A model generated the notes under the pieces. The model made no database searches, had not been told where the DNA came from, and was given only the letters and a program-made list of their open reading frames with translations. Both the position numbers and the translations under genes were made by a program. From assembly GCA_036528635.1 (NCBI GenBank), contig JAIGNE010000043.1, forward strand, positions 166,622 through 230,621: a stretch of 64,000 nt of DNA, given 5' to 3'. Every line of letters starts with the position of its first letter. The first letter of the stretch is position 1. This DNA comes from Deltaproteobacteria bacterium (lineage in GTDB: Bacteria; Desulfobacterota; Syntrophia; Syntrophales; Smithellaceae). Below are positions 46,947 through 57,074 of this stretch, piece after piece.

Positions 46947-48560
46947 TCATGGTTCCCAGGATGGTTTCCCGCCCAACTGAATGATCGATTTTTTCATGCC
47001 GGTAAGCCCATTGACGATCAATTCGACCAGTCCGCCGTAATGGATGTTGCTGCGTTCATCCGCATGGTAGTAACCGATAATGTCGCGAATGGCCCCTTTG
47101 CAGTTGGAGCAGGGGGCGCAGACATATTTAGGAACTTCCGGAGGAACGCCGGCAAAGGCGTTGAGGATCTGGAGAAACTTCTTGCGGGAGCTGACCAGAT
47201 TGCGCCACTGGGCAAAATTATAACCCGACATGATGGCAAAACCCGAACCGCCGCCGCAGCAGTAATTGTCCACGCCATGGGGGGTCATTTCCCGGAACTG
47301 CGGGGCAAGTTTTCTTAAGATTCTTCGCTGCGGCTCGACAATGCCCATGGCCCGCACGACATTGCAGGGATCGTGCAGCGTCACGGGAAAATCGTTTTTC
47401 CGCGGATCAAATTTCAGCTTTCCGCTCATCACGATATTCTCCAGTGTGACCAGCGCCGATTCCCGCGGCACATTCAATTCGCCGGTCAAAAGCCGGTCGG
47501 CAATCACGGTCAGTGCCTTGTGCGCATGTCCGCATTCGCCGATGACGATCTTTTTAACCTTCAGCCTTCTCGCGATATCGGCATGCCGAACCGCGACGCG
47601 CGCGAACTGAACATCGTCGTACCAGAGTCCATAGTTGACCGCATCGTAGCCTGCCGCTTCGGAAGACATGGTCCAGGAAAGGCCTGCCGCCTGAAAAATA
47701 ATCGCAAAAGCGCCGACGTTTTCCGGCCAGGCCAGCATTTCTCCGGCATTGTGCAAAAGCAGAATATCCGCCCCCTCCACGTCCCAGGGAATTTCGACCT
47801 TATATCCTGTAATCTCCTCCATCTCTTCCTGGATAAATTCGACGCTGTCTTTGGCCGCGGCAGGAGTCATGCCGGTGGTGGAACCCGCGCGGAGATGCTG
47901 AACCGTGCCCTTGTCGTGAATCTCCCTGGGCGCGATGCCCATTTCCTGAGAGAAGAGTTTGCGGATTTCGTGATTGATCAGCCCGTTGTCGACGCCGATG
48001 GGACAGACAGAGGCGCAACGCCGGCACAGCGTGCAGCGGTAAGACAATTCGGCGAGCCGCGCAATGGTCTTCCAGTTCAGGTCGATGTCCCCTGTCAACC
48101 TGGATGTGATTTTTCCGCCCGCCTTTAAATATTTCCGATAAATCCGGCGGAGCACCTCCGCCCTGAAAATGGGCCGGTAGATCTCCTTCCGGCCGCTCAT
48201 TTCATAGACGGGGCAGGCATCGGAACAGGTCTGGCATTTGGCGCAGTATTTCATGGACAGCATCAAAGGCTGGAGAAATGTCCAATTGTTTTCCTTCTCC
48301 AATAATTTTTTCAGACCCGACAGAAATTGACGGACCAGGGCGTCCTCTTCTTCTTTCGTCGCCGGCCTGGGGATGCCAATGGCTAACGTATCATCGAGAG
48401 ACGTCTCCATGTTTTTCACTTTATCCGGATTAAGAGGTGGAATCGTGATCTGATTAAAATCCTCATAGGGAGCGGGTAAGGGCGACAGATCACCCGCCTC
48501 GATACGGCATAAAAAGTCCGCGGGTTTCGCGATATCGGAAGGCTTCAGGGCTCTGCTCAT
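46947..48560 (-). CDS. HdrD/DsrK-like CCG-domain iron-sulfur protein (paralog)
   Basis: CAKCQTCSDACP and CTLCRRCASVCP clusters plus a CCGGGSG CCG motif. ATGA overlap with the upstream membrane subunit gene. Confidence 0.8.
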   Translation of the reverse strand: MSRALKPSDIAKPADFLCRIEAGDLSPLPAPYEDFNQITIPPLNPDKVKNMETSLDDTLAIGIPRPATKEEEDALVRQFLSGLKKLLEKENNWTFLQPLMLSMKYCAKCQTCSDACPVYEMSGRKEIYRPIFRAEVLRRIYRKYLKAGGKITSRLTGDIDLNWKTIARLAELSYRCTLCRRCASVCPIGVDNGLINHEIRKLFSQEMGIAPREIHDKGTVQHLRAGSTTGMTPAAAKDSVEFIQEEMEEITGYKVEIPWDVEGADILLLHNAGEMLAWPENVGAFAIIFQAAGLSWTMSSEAAGYDAVNYGLWYDDVQFARVAVRHADIARRLKVKKIVIGECGHAHKALTVIADRLLTGELNVPRESALVTLENIVMSGKLKFDPRKNDFPVTLHDPCNVVRAMGIVEPQRRILRKLAPQFREMTPHGVDNYCCGGGSGFAIMSGYNFAQWRNLVSSRKKFLQILNAFAGVPPEVPKYVCAPCSNCKGAIRDIIGYYHADERSNIHYGGLVELIVNGLTGMKKSIIQLGGKPSWEP

Positions 48561-49501
48561 TTCGTCTCCTCGGGTGCTGAAGACGCAAGGTCACGCCATG
48601 ATTTATGTCCGTCGGCCATGATGTGTCTGGCCTGCCAGGTGGGCTTCAGTTCAAGGTTCGCTCTGACGGCGTCTTCAATCCGTCCATTTCTCCGGTTCGG
48701 TGCGTCATCCCATTTAACTTTGTGGTAGAGGAAGTATTTCATGAACATATGCGACATGTGCGTCAGCGGAATATAGGCTATTAAAAGCGAGGCCGACACG
48801 ATGGTTATTATCCCGGAAATGCTTCGGGAAGGATCTGAGGCACTCAGTGCCTGTCCCCCCGTCAAAAGACCATATACGTATGCCTTCGCGCCGTCGAGCC
48901 AGGGATCGTAAAGGAATGCGGTAAGGCAGGCGGAGAGGAAAAAAATCAGAATGAATCCGAGATTGAAATAGTCAGACAGGGAAGAATAATTTCGCCAATC
49001 CCGGTTGCCCGTGCGTTTAGCAAGCAGTGCCAGGCAGCCGATACTTCCCAGAATAAGACCGGGCCATCCCGCGCATACAATGAGACCATCCAGGAAAAAC
49101 CGCAGCGTGCCGCCTGCCGAAAAAGCGGCAGACCCCGATAAAGTCAGGACGGCATGAACGATTATGAGTACGAAGGTTGCCAGCATCAAATACAGTCCGA
49201 AATGAAAAGGGAAAGTCATCAGCCAGAGGATTCTGTTTTCCTTCCACAATCCTCGCAGGAGCAGAATTTCCGGCACCATATATTTCAGTTCATTGATGAG
49301 CGAGCTTTCATAAGGATTGCCCCACCAGTTCACCTCCTCCATATAAGAACCGCCATAGGCCACCTTTGCCGTCTTTTCATGCCCGACAGGATAGATCTCC
49401 CAGCGGACATGCAGGGGAAGACTTAGCTGCCTGTAAATCAGGCAGGCCGCCGCCCCGATGGACACAGCGATGCATAGATATGATAAAATATAGAATCCCA
49501 T
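48557..49501 (-). CDS. HdrE/DsrM-like (NarI family) membrane cytochrome b (paralog)
   Basis: Polytopic membrane protein with conserved His, paired with the HdrD-like gene. Confidence 0.7.
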   Translation of the reverse strand: MGFYILSYLCIAVSIGAAACLIYRQLSLPLHVRWEIYPVGHEKTAKVAYGGSYMEEVNWWGNPYESSLINELKYMVPEILLLRGLWKENRILWLMTFPFHFGLYLMLATFVLIIVHAVLTLSGSAAFSAGGTLRFFLDGLIVCAGWPGLILGSIGCLALLAKRTGNRDWRNYSSLSDYFNLGFILIFFLSACLTAFLYDPWLDGAKAYVYGLLTGGQALSASDPSRSISGIITIVSASLLIAYIPLTHMSHMFMKYFLYHKVKWDDAPNRRNGRIEDAVRANLELKPTWQARHIMADGHKSWRDLASSAPEETK

Positions 49502-49612
49502 AGGATCATTCCTTTAGTCTCGAGACTTTCCGGAAAATGCCACAGCGATCTTGCAAATGTTTCTCTGCCGGGAACCCGTCCTCGCCTGGAGTAAAGAAGG
49601 TTCCCCGATCGA

Positions 49613-49939
49613 TCAGACACAACCTGTCGGCTTGGAAAGCCCCGCCAGCTTGCAGGCCCCTTTAGCCGGTCCGGTCGGGAAGAGCTCATAGAGCTTCTTC
49701 ATATCCATGGCGTTATCTTTGCAGACTTTACGGACCATGGGGGCAATGCCGAACTTCTGGAAATATTCTCTCAGATAATTAATGAGCTTCCAATGTTCTT
49801 CGGTAAGCGGACCTTCAATGTCCTCCGTATGGGCGTAAGCCTGAGCGAAATCCTCTGTCCATTTATCGAGCTCCTGTAAAAAGCCGTCTTCGTCCACTTC
49901 GTACATTTTACCCGCCAATTCAATTTGTGGCATTTTCAA
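49613..49939 (-). CDS. dsrC: DsrC (TusE/DsrC family sulfur relay / sulfite reductase gamma protein)
   Basis: C-terminal arm CKLAGLSKPTGCV with both conserved cysteines. 108 aa. Confidence 0.9.
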   Translation of the reverse strand: MKMPQIELAGKMYEVDEDGFLQELDKWTEDFAQAYAHTEDIEGPLTEEHWKLINYLREYFQKFGIAPMVRKVCKDNAMDMKKLYELFPTGPAKGACKLAGLSKPTGCV

Positions 49940-49972
49940 AACCTCCTCAGCATTTAATCGATATTTTTTTTA

Positions 49973-51433
49973 TCATAAACCCATCCGCTTATCGGGCGTG
50001 GCGTCAGGCCTGTCCCTGAGAAAAGCGGGCGCGCGATTTAACTTTGTCTGGTGGTAATGTGAGGCTCTTTCAATAAGAGCATCCGCCCACTCGGGAGTCC
50101 CCAGCGCGTGCAGATGCGTGAAGCCCGCCAGAATATTTTTCCGGCACAGGCCGTCTCTTTGACCGTCCATTCCGGTTCCCCGCACAACGCGGCAGGCGGT
50201 GTGGCTTTCATCATCTCTTTGAGAAAGGATCCGGCAGTAATGGAATTCATGACCGGTGAGCGTCTGGCCTATGGGGAAAAACGGATTTTCCCGATCCACG
50301 GTCAGGGTTGTATAGCCGTGTCCCTGCGGTCGTTTCTCCATCCCGAACGCGACCGGCAGCGCGCCCGCCATCGGATATTGCTGATCGCCGATGGTCAGGG
50401 ATTCGCCGAGGTAAATGAAGCCCCCGCATTCCGCATAAATCGGCAGGCCGGCTTCGGCTGCTTCTTTTACGGAAAGGCGGAAGGATTCGTTTGCGGCAAG
50501 CCTCCCGGCCCGGGTTTCAGGAAAACCGCCGCCGATATACAGGGCGTCAACGGGCGGCAGAGCTTTATCGTCCAGCGCACTGATCGGAATCACCCGCGCG
50601 CCCCGGTCGGCGAGCGCCTCAATATTATCCTCATAATAGAACTGAAATGCCGCATCTCTGATGACGCCGATGGTCACCGGCTCGGGAGCGCCCCGGCCGG
50701 TCCAGACCGGATTGGGAAACGCGTCGATCTTCCAGGGCGAGGCGCTGCGGGCTTCGTTGAGCAGGCCCGGCATGTCCAGATAGTCGCGGGCGATCTGCCC
50801 CGCCCGGTCGAGCGCCTGATGCACCCGATCATGCTCCTCGGGGGGAATCAATCCCAGGTGCCGCTGTACGAACGGCAGATCCGGCAGACGCGGCACGGTT
50901 CCGTAAACGGGCAGGCCGGTGTATGTTTCAATGGATTGGCGAATCACCGAGGCATGACGGCTGCCGTTCACCCGGCTCAGGACAACGCCCCGGATGTCCA
51001 CCGCGGGATCAAGGTGCAGACAGCCCAAAACCATGGCTGCTGCCGTCCGGGTCACCTTGTCGCAGTCGACAACCAGAATAACAGGAGCGTGCAGGAGTTT
51101 GGCCAGTTCGGCCGTGCTGAACTCTCCCCGGGCGTTGACGCCGTCAAAGAGACCGCGATTGCCTTCGATGAGCGAAACACCATTCTGGGCTGCATGGCGT
51201 GAAAATGAGCGGACAACCTGGTCGGGCCCCATTAAAAAAGTATCCAGATTATAAGAGGGACCGGACGCCGCCCGGGCAAGCCAGGCGGCATCAATATAGT
51301 CCGGTCCCTTTTTGAAGGGGGCAACGGTTATGCCCTCTCTGCGCAGGGCCACAGCCATGGCCACAGAAAGGGTGGTTTTTCCTGCACCGCCCCGCAGGGC
51401 GGCGATCATTAAACGTGGACAGGATCGATTCAT
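49973..51433 (-). CDS. dsrN: DsrN, cobyrinic acid a,c-diamide synthase homolog (siroheme amidase)
   Basis: N-terminal P-loop IAALRGGAGKTT and a C-terminal glutamine amidotransferase domain (CGGFIYLG). Lies between dsrD and dsrC. The true start may be the internal MIAAL. Confidence 0.8.
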   Translation of the reverse strand: MNRSCPRLMIAALRGGAGKTTLSVAMAVALRREGITVAPFKKGPDYIDAAWLARAASGPSYNLDTFLMGPDQVVRSFSRHAAQNGVSLIEGNRGLFDGVNARGEFSTAELAKLLHAPVILVVDCDKVTRTAAAMVLGCLHLDPAVDIRGVVLSRVNGSRHASVIRQSIETYTGLPVYGTVPRLPDLPFVQRHLGLIPPEEHDRVHQALDRAGQIARDYLDMPGLLNEARSASPWKIDAFPNPVWTGRGAPEPVTIGVIRDAAFQFYYEDNIEALADRGARVIPISALDDKALPPVDALYIGGGFPETRAGRLAANESFRLSVKEAAEAGLPIYAECGGFIYLGESLTIGDQQYPMAGALPVAFGMEKRPQGHGYTTLTVDRENPFFPIGQTLTGHEFHYCRILSQRDDESHTACRVVRGTGMDGQRDGLCRKNILAGFTHLHALGTPEWADALIERASHYHQTKLNRAPAFLRDRPDATPDKRMGL

Positions 51434-51447
51434 GATTCATTACCTAT

Positions 51448-51684
51448 TCAGGCACAGGGTTCTTCCTTGGGAAAGAATTCGGCCAGGATGAGGTATGTGG
51501 AACTGCCGCTCGACCAGTACTTCAAGACTTCCTCGTCGAGGAGTTCTTTCACGACATTCTGAATGGCGTGGCGATCCTCATCGGGCAGCCATTTCGTGAC
51601 GTCCCGGATATAAAACATCTTCTTGTCACCCTTGGATTTTTCATGGAAAAGGTCGATAATCCGTTTCTTTAAGTCTTCGCTCAT
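51448..51684 (-). CDS. dsrD: DsrD (small winged-helix protein of reductive-type dsr loci)
   Basis: The LKYWSSGSSTYL motif matches the DsrD YWSSGSTTMY signature. Start at MSEDLKK lies 2 nt after the dsrB stop. The track ORF begins 4 codons upstream. Confidence 0.8.
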   Translation of the reverse strand: MSEDLKKRIIDLFHEKSKGDKKMFYIRDVTKWLPDEDRHAIQNVVKELLDEEVLKYWSSGSSTYLILAEFFPKEEPCA

Positions 51685-51686
51685 AA

Positions 51687-52751
51687 TCACCTCCATTTGA
51701 ACTGCGTCGATGTCCGGAAGGTCTCGGTGGCCAGATCAAAGTCGTCGATATGCTTGTCCGTAAACGGGATGCCGGTCAGACTGAAGAACCGCTCCCAGCC
51801 GACCCGGTCGATCCATTCGCCGACCCGCTCATGTTTGCGGGCATGGCTGGCATAAATTTCGATAATATTTTTGACTGCGTCCACAACCTCCGGCCAGCGC
51901 GGCGGGTTATTGGGAAGAAATGGAATGGCCAGTTTGGAGAACTTCGGAGCGCTGCGGGCATTGGAAACTTTGCCGCCCACCCAGATGGAAATGCCGTCAT
52001 TGTCGGGATCCGCAATCGGCATCGCCGGACACACCGTATAGCAGTTGCCGCAGTACATGCATTTTTCCGGATTGACGGTGACGGTTTTGTTTTTCATGTC
52101 GCCCCGGATCGCTCCGGTCGGACAGGATGCCACCGTGGAGGGAATTTCACACATATTGGGAACGCGGGAGTTATCCGTCTTGGGGATGGTCCGGTGGATG
52201 CCCAGAATGGCGATATCCGAGCAGTGCACGGCTCCGCACATATTCAGGCAGCACGCCAGGGCAATCCGCACATGCGCCGGCAGTGTGGCCGTCACAAAGT
52301 AATCATAAATTTCATCCATCAGCGCCTTAACCGGGCCGGAGGCATCGGTCGCCGGTGTATGGCAGTGGACCCACCCCTGGGTATGAACGATATTGGAGAT
52401 GGAGTGCCCCGTGCCGCCGACCGGATAATTGCGGCTTTTCAATTCCTCAATCAGCGGTTCGATCTTATCTTTGTCGTCGAGCAGAAACTCTATATTGTGG
52501 CGGCTCGTAAAACGCAAAAAGCCGTCACAGTACTTTTCGGCGATATCGCAGATTTCCCGGATATGATCCGTCGAAACGAGCCTGGGCGATCCGGCGCGCA
52601 CGCTGTAGAGCGCCTCGCCCGACTGGCCGATGTGCATCAGCACGCCCGGCTTCAGGATTTCATGGTAGAGCCATTTCCCGTAATTTCTCTGGATGACGGG
52701 AGGCAGCATAGTTTTATAATCAGGGGGACCGATATCTGTTCTTGCAGCCAT
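51687..52751 (-). CDS. dsrB: dissimilatory sulfite reductase beta subunit
   Basis: 354 aa. Siroheme/FeS cysteine cluster and a ferredoxin domain [12 protein letters not shown]. Located immediately after dsrA. Confidence 0.9.
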   Translation of the reverse strand: MAARTDIGPPDYKTMLPPVIQRNYGKWLYHEILKPGVLMHIGQSGEALYSVRAGSPRLVSTDHIREICDIAEKYCDGFLRFTSRHNIEFLLDDKDKIEPLIEELKSRNYPVGGTGHSISNIVHTQGWVHCHTPATDASGPVKALMDEIYDYFVTATLPAHVRIALACCLNMCGAVHCSDIAILGIHRTIPKTDNSRVPNMCEIPSTVASCPTGAIRGDMKNKTVTVNPEKCMYCGNCYTVCPAMPIADPDNDGISIWVGGKVSNARSAPKFSKLAIPFLPNNPPRWPEVVDAVKNIIEIYASHARKHERVGEWIDRVGWERFFSLTGIPFTDKHIDDFDLATETFRTSTQFKWR

Positions 52752-52752
52752 T

Positions 52753-53940
52753 TTACTTTACCTCCTTTTCAAGATCTTCCGGCCAGAAAAAAACGTAGGG
52801 GTTGCTTCTGGGCGCCTTCACCATCTGCGGAACCGCGGGAAGGCCCACGGCCCTCAAAAAGACCCGCATGCCCAGGCGCGTGATCAGTTCGCCGAGTCTT
52901 TCACGCGATTTGCCGAACTCGTCCCACCAGTCCTGAATACGTTCGATCAGATCTTTGAGTTCTGTATAAGGAGGCTCCAGCTTCATAAAGGGCACGATCA
53001 CCCAGGAAAGCAGTGCGCCCTTCACAATGGGCGCCTTGCCTCCGACCAGAATGGATGCGCCTTTTTCCCTGCCCGGCCTGAGGGCCTTCGGCATCAGATT
53101 GATGCAGTGCATGCAGCGGGTGCAGTCCTCATTATGTATTGTCAATTCTTTGCCGTTCCACTCCATGCAACGGGTCGGGCACAGATCGCAGACTTCTTTC
53201 TGAATGTTGATGGTTGAGGCATAGGCCAAAGCTTCCGGCTGATCGATTTGAATATCATCTTTCCAGGTCCCGATGATCGACAGATCGGAGCGGGCAATCG
53301 AAGCGACGCAGTCGTTGGCGCAGGCGGCAACTTTGATCTTGAATTTGTAGGGGAACATAGGGCGATGGATTTGATCCTGATACGTCATCGTGATGTTGTA
53401 GCAGATATCGAGGCTGTCCACGCAGGCCCATTCACAGCGCGCGGGTCCCACGCAGGCACTGGGCGTGCGCAAGGCCGAGCCGGACCCGCCCAGGTCAAAG
53501 CCGGCCTCGGAAAGATCATCGAAACAAGGCTGGAGATGGTCCGTGGTTGTTCCCAGTAAAATGACGTCTCCCGTAGCGCCATGCATGTTGGTGAGTCCGC
53601 TGCCGTGTTTGTCCCAGATGTCGCACAACTTGCGCAGCGTTTCTGTTTTGTAGAACCATCCCGTCGGATGATTGACTCTCATGGTATGAAAAGCCTGAAC
53701 GTTCGGGAACAGATCGGGACGATCAGAATAGCGCCCGATGACACCGGCGCCGTAGCCCTTGACGCCAACAATGCCTCCGTGCTTCCAGTGACCGATCTTG
53801 TCCTCGTAGGAGAGTTCCAGCTGGCCCAGGAGATCCTCAGCCATGGGACTCTTCTGCGCTGCCTGCTTCAAATCTTTGACGAAGCTGGGCCATTTTCCTT
53901 TTTCCAACTCGTCGAGCAGGGGAGTTTCTGTTTTCGCCAT
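52753..53940 (-). CDS. dsrA: dissimilatory sulfite reductase alpha subunit
   Basis: [21 protein letters not shown]...[10 protein letters not shown]...[21 protein letters not shown]...[14 protein letters not shown]...[23 protein letters not shown] aligns to canonical DsrA. Start taken as the internal ATG ([10 protein letters not shown]); the track ORF begins 12 codons upstream at 53976. Confidence 0.9.
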   Translation of the reverse strand: MAKTETPLLDELEKGKWPSFVKDLKQAAQKSPMAEDLLGQLELSYEDKIGHWKHGGIVGVKGYGAGVIGRYSDRPDLFPNVQAFHTMRVNHPTGWFYKTETLRKLCDIWDKHGSGLTNMHGATGDVILLGTTTDHLQPCFDDLSEAGFDLGGSGSALRTPSACVGPARCEWACVDSLDICYNITMTYQDQIHRPMFPYKFKIKVAACANDCVASIARSDLSIIGTWKDDIQIDQPEALAYASTINIQKEVCDLCPTRCMEWNGKELTIHNEDCTRCMHCINLMPKALRPGREKGASILVGGKAPIVKGALLSWVIVPFMKLEPPYTELKDLIERIQDWWDEFGKSRERLGELITRLGMRVFLRAVGLPAVPQMVKAPRSNPYVFFWPEDLEKEVK

Positions 53941-54263
53941 GATTGCCTCCTTTTTTAAATCATTCTCTTGCGTCAAGCCCGTCGAATGAGTAAATTGCGA
54001 ATGAACATCTTTTACTGAATGGTATTCAAAAATAAATCATATGTCAAGGGATTTTGCATAAATCCTCCGGTCAAATTTTAGGGGAACCATCTCCAATAAA
54101 ATCTTCAGCAGGCACCCTTTCCATCGACATAAAAGCCGGCCAATGGATAAGACAGCTTAAGAAACAGATACTTTTTTGTTTAAAAGTGGTATTCGACTTA
54201 CTATCATATTTAGTACATCCGACGATGAAAATCGTACTGAATTTGCTTATGGATGCTTAGGAA

Positions 54264-55544
54264 ATGACGATATTACCGGACAGACCCTGCGCTCTTTTTT
54301 GGGATGAATCCTTCCTTTGGGGGCTGATGGCCTGGCGGGCTCTCCGTGAGGCGGGACTGCCTTTCGACCTGATCCGGTCTCACGATATTCGGGCAGGAAA
54401 ACTATCCCGCTACGCCATGCTTTTTGTTCCCGGAGGATGGGCATCCGCCAAACTTCATGCCCTGGAAGAGAAGGGACAGTCCGAGATTCGCCGTTTCGTG
54501 GCCAAAGGCGGAAGTTACCTGGGAATCTGCGGAGGCGCCGGGATGGCGACTGAAAGTGGTCTTGCCCTGCTCCCCGTTGGCAGATTGCCGACGAAGGACA
54601 GGGTTCCCAGTTTCAGCGGGCCGATCCGCTTGTCCCTGGCCGACCATGCGATCTGGAGCGGAATCCGGACACCCGTCTTTCATGCCTGGTGGCCGCTGCA
54701 ATTTCATATCGCCGAGGAAACAAGCCTCGATATTCTGGCCAGGTATGATGAAGCGCTTGATGATGCTTATTGTGCCGATGTTCGCGTCGGTGAGGGGCGG
54801 ATGACGGGCTGGTCGGAATGGGAAGAGCGGTACGGAATATATATGGATCCCTACCGGCTGAAGGATGAGCCGGCGGTCGTGGAGGGGCGGCATCAAAGAG
54901 GTAAAGTGCTCCTTTCGCTTGTGCATTTTGATACGCCTGGAGATCAAAATGGCGCTTGGGTCCTTCGCAACCTGTGGCGATATTTAATCCGTGATGACGA
55001 CTGTTGTTTTCGTTCCGGCAATATGTCTCAGAAAAACCGGATCAACGCGGCCGATTACTGTCAATTTAAAGGGATTTTAGATGATATCAATGACGCCGTC
55101 GCCGGTTTGATTGCAGCCGGCGAACAGAAACATCTCTGGCGGTGGCGCAATCCTCTGCTTTTACGATGGCAACGCGGTGTGAGGGGGATGGAATGTTCAA
55201 CGCTGGCCGCGATGATTGATGAAATAAACGGGTGCCTTTCCCGCTACAGTCAGGCCCGACCAGGAAAAGAACCATCACCGCCGGAAACAATTGATTCGTC
55301 TCATTTGAGTCAGGATTTAGCGCTGATCAGGGAATTGATCATTCCTTTCACAGAAAAGGCAAAAATTCTTCTGGCCCGGGAAAATCAATCCGGGGCGACG
55401 CTGCCGCTTTCGTCAACGGATGATCCGGATGAAGAAATCAGCAGCCTGAAGTTGAACCTTTTCGGTTCTTCGAGAAGCTATGGAGGAGATTTCAAACGTC
55501 TCATTGACGCAGTCGACGATATTCTTTTTAAATTAATCAGATGA
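54264..55544 (+). CDS. hypothetical protein with class-I glutamine-amidotransferase-like / BPL_N-like N-terminal domain
   Basis: N-terminal region ...YAMLFVPGGWASAKL...FVAKGGSYLGICGGAGMA resembles the BPL_N/GATase1-like fold. The C-terminal 200 aa is unassigned. Divergent from dsrA. Confidence 0.5.
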   Translation: MTILPDRPCALFWDESFLWGLMAWRALREAGLPFDLIRSHDIRAGKLSRYAMLFVPGGWASAKLHALEEKGQSEIRRFVAKGGSYLGICGGAGMATESGLALLPVGRLPTKDRVPSFSGPIRLSLADHAIWSGIRTPVFHAWWPLQFHIAEETSLDILARYDEALDDAYCADVRVGEGRMTGWSEWEERYGIYMDPYRLKDEPAVVEGRHQRGKVLLSLVHFDTPGDQNGAWVLRNLWRYLIRDDDCCFRSGNMSQKNRINAADYCQFKGILDDINDAVAGLIAAGEQKHLWRWRNPLLLRWQRGVRGMECSTLAAMIDEINGCLSRYSQARPGKEPSPPETIDSSHLSQDLALIRELIIPFTEKAKILLARENQSGATLPLSSTDDPDEEISSLKLNLFGSSRSYGGDFKRLIDAVDDILFKLIR

Positions 55545-55657
55545 CCCGGCTCGCAGCAAGAATGAAAGATCACAAACTGAGCAGCCCGGTGAAGACCCGT
55601 CGGAATTCAAATATAGCATTGACTATTTGCTTTCCTGTGGTTTGATTATGACTCGTA

Positions 55658-55678
55658 CGTCAAGAATTGTTCTTGACG
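55658..55678. promoter_or_regulatory. perfect 21-nt palindrome (candidate operator) overlapping a TTGACG -35-like hexamer upstream of ccdA
   Basis: CGTCAAGAATTGTTCTTGACG. About 55 nt upstream of the ccdA GTG start. Confidence 0.4.
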
Positions 55679-55733
55679 CTGGCAAAGTAATTTGCCTATC
55701 CTCGGCTTAAATTAAGCAGGCAAGGAAAAAAAA

Positions 55734-56444
55734 GTGATTCAAGATCTCATCAATAATTTGTCCATATATTTGAATAGTTCCATTCTTCTGGCTTTCGTCG
55801 CCGCCTACCTGGGAGGAGTGGTGATCAGTTTTACGCCCTGCACGTATCCGTTGATCCCCGTGACAGTCGGGATCATCGGCGCACAGGGCACCTCATCTAA
55901 GCTGCGCGGATTTCTGTTGTCCTTGTTTTATGTCCTGGGTCTGGCGGTAACCTATGCCGCCCTGGGAGCCGTCGCAGCTCTGTCCGGCAGAATTTTCGGT
56001 CAGCTGCAGACGACGCCGCTAACCTATTTTATCATGGCCAACATTTGCCTGATCATGGGATTGTCCATGCTGGATGTATTCAGAATCTCCATTCCGATTC
56101 CGCAAAAGTTGCTGCAATATTCCGGCGGGAAAAAAGGATTTGTTTCCAGTTTTATTCTGGGGGCGGCTTCCGGTTTCGTCATCGGCCCCTGTACGGCTCC
56201 CGCGCTGGGAGTCCTGCTCGGTTTTGTGGCTCTGAAAACCAATGTTTTAATGGGGGTTGGCCTCCTGTTTATATTTGCTCTCGGCATGGGAACCCTTTTG
56301 ATTCTGGTCGGCACGTTTGCCGGATTTATTTCTTCTCTGCCGCGATCGGGAACCTGGATGACCGTCATCACAAAGGTTTTTGGCGTAATTTTAATTGGCG
56401 CTGCCGAGTATTTCCTGTATACTGCCGGCACGCTTTCTTTTTAA
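55734..56444 (+). CDS. ccdA: cytochrome c-type biogenesis protein CcdA (DsbD transmembrane-domain family)
   Basis: Conserved membrane cysteines (FTPCTYPL and IGPCTAP). Six TM helices. GTG start. Confidence 0.8.
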   Translation: MIQDLINNLSIYLNSSILLAFVAAYLGGVVISFTPCTYPLIPVTVGIIGAQGTSSKLRGFLLSLFYVLGLAVTYAALGAVAALSGRIFGQLQTTPLTYFIMANICLIMGLSMLDVFRISIPIPQKLLQYSGGKKGFVSSFILGAASGFVIGPCTAPALGVLLGFVALKTNVLMGVGLLFIFALGMGTLLILVGTFAGFISSLPRSGTWMTVITKVFGVILIGAAEYFLYTAGTLSF

Positions 56445-56456
56445 TCAAGGGGTATC

Positions 56457-56960
56457 ATGCGAAAAACAACCTGTATTTATATAGCCTTATTTGTTGTGCT
56501 TATTTTTTCATCCGTATCGGCTGCCTGGGGTCAATATATACCCAATGCACCATTCAAGCCGCAGTACACCGCCGCGCCGGATTTCACCCTCAAGGATTTA
56601 CAGGGGAAGAAATTCCGTTTGGGTGCTCAGCGCGGCAAACCGGTGCTGATTTTTTTCGGAACGACCTGGTGTCCCGGGTGCCGCAGCGAAATCCCCGTCT
56701 ATAAGAAGGTTTACGAAACCTACGCACCGCGCGGTCTGGAAGTCATTTATATTAATATCATGGAGCCGGCGCAAAAAGTGGCCCGGTTTGCCAAGTCCAA
56801 TTCACTTCCCTACCGGACACTGCTGGATGAAGATGGCCGTGTCGCCAATGCATACAATGTGGTCGGGGTGCCCATGATCATGCTGGTGGACAAAGACGGC
56901 TCTATTATTAAAATCGGCAACAGCTCTTCAGAGATGCCGCTGGACAAAATTATGCAATAA
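56457..56960 (+). CDS. TlpA/ResA-like periplasmic thiol:disulfide oxidoreductase (thioredoxin fold)
   Basis: Signal peptide, a WCPGC active site, and the TlpA-family context after ccdA. Confidence 0.8.
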   Translation: MRKTTCIYIALFVVLIFSSVSAAWGQYIPNAPFKPQYTAAPDFTLKDLQGKKFRLGAQRGKPVLIFFGTTWCPGCRSEIPVYKKVYETYAPRGLEVIYINIMEPAQKVARFAKSNSLPYRTLLDEDGRVANAYNVVGVPMIMLVDKDGSIIKIGNSSSEMPLDKIMQ

Positions 56961-57074
56961 AATTATAAAATCATCGGTCTGAGAGGTCCGTTTTACGATT
57001 GTAATGGAATGACGTATTAGAGAATTTACTGTTTTAACCAATAATAAAAAATCCAGTAAAGAAGGTCGACACAC

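Noticed and set aside
53941-54263. Sigma-54 (TGGCAC-N5-TTGCA) or clear sigma-70 promoter upstream of dsrA
   Set aside because: AT-rich region with a TTGACA-like hexamer on the correct strand, but no convincing -10/-24/-12 spacing could be established by eye.
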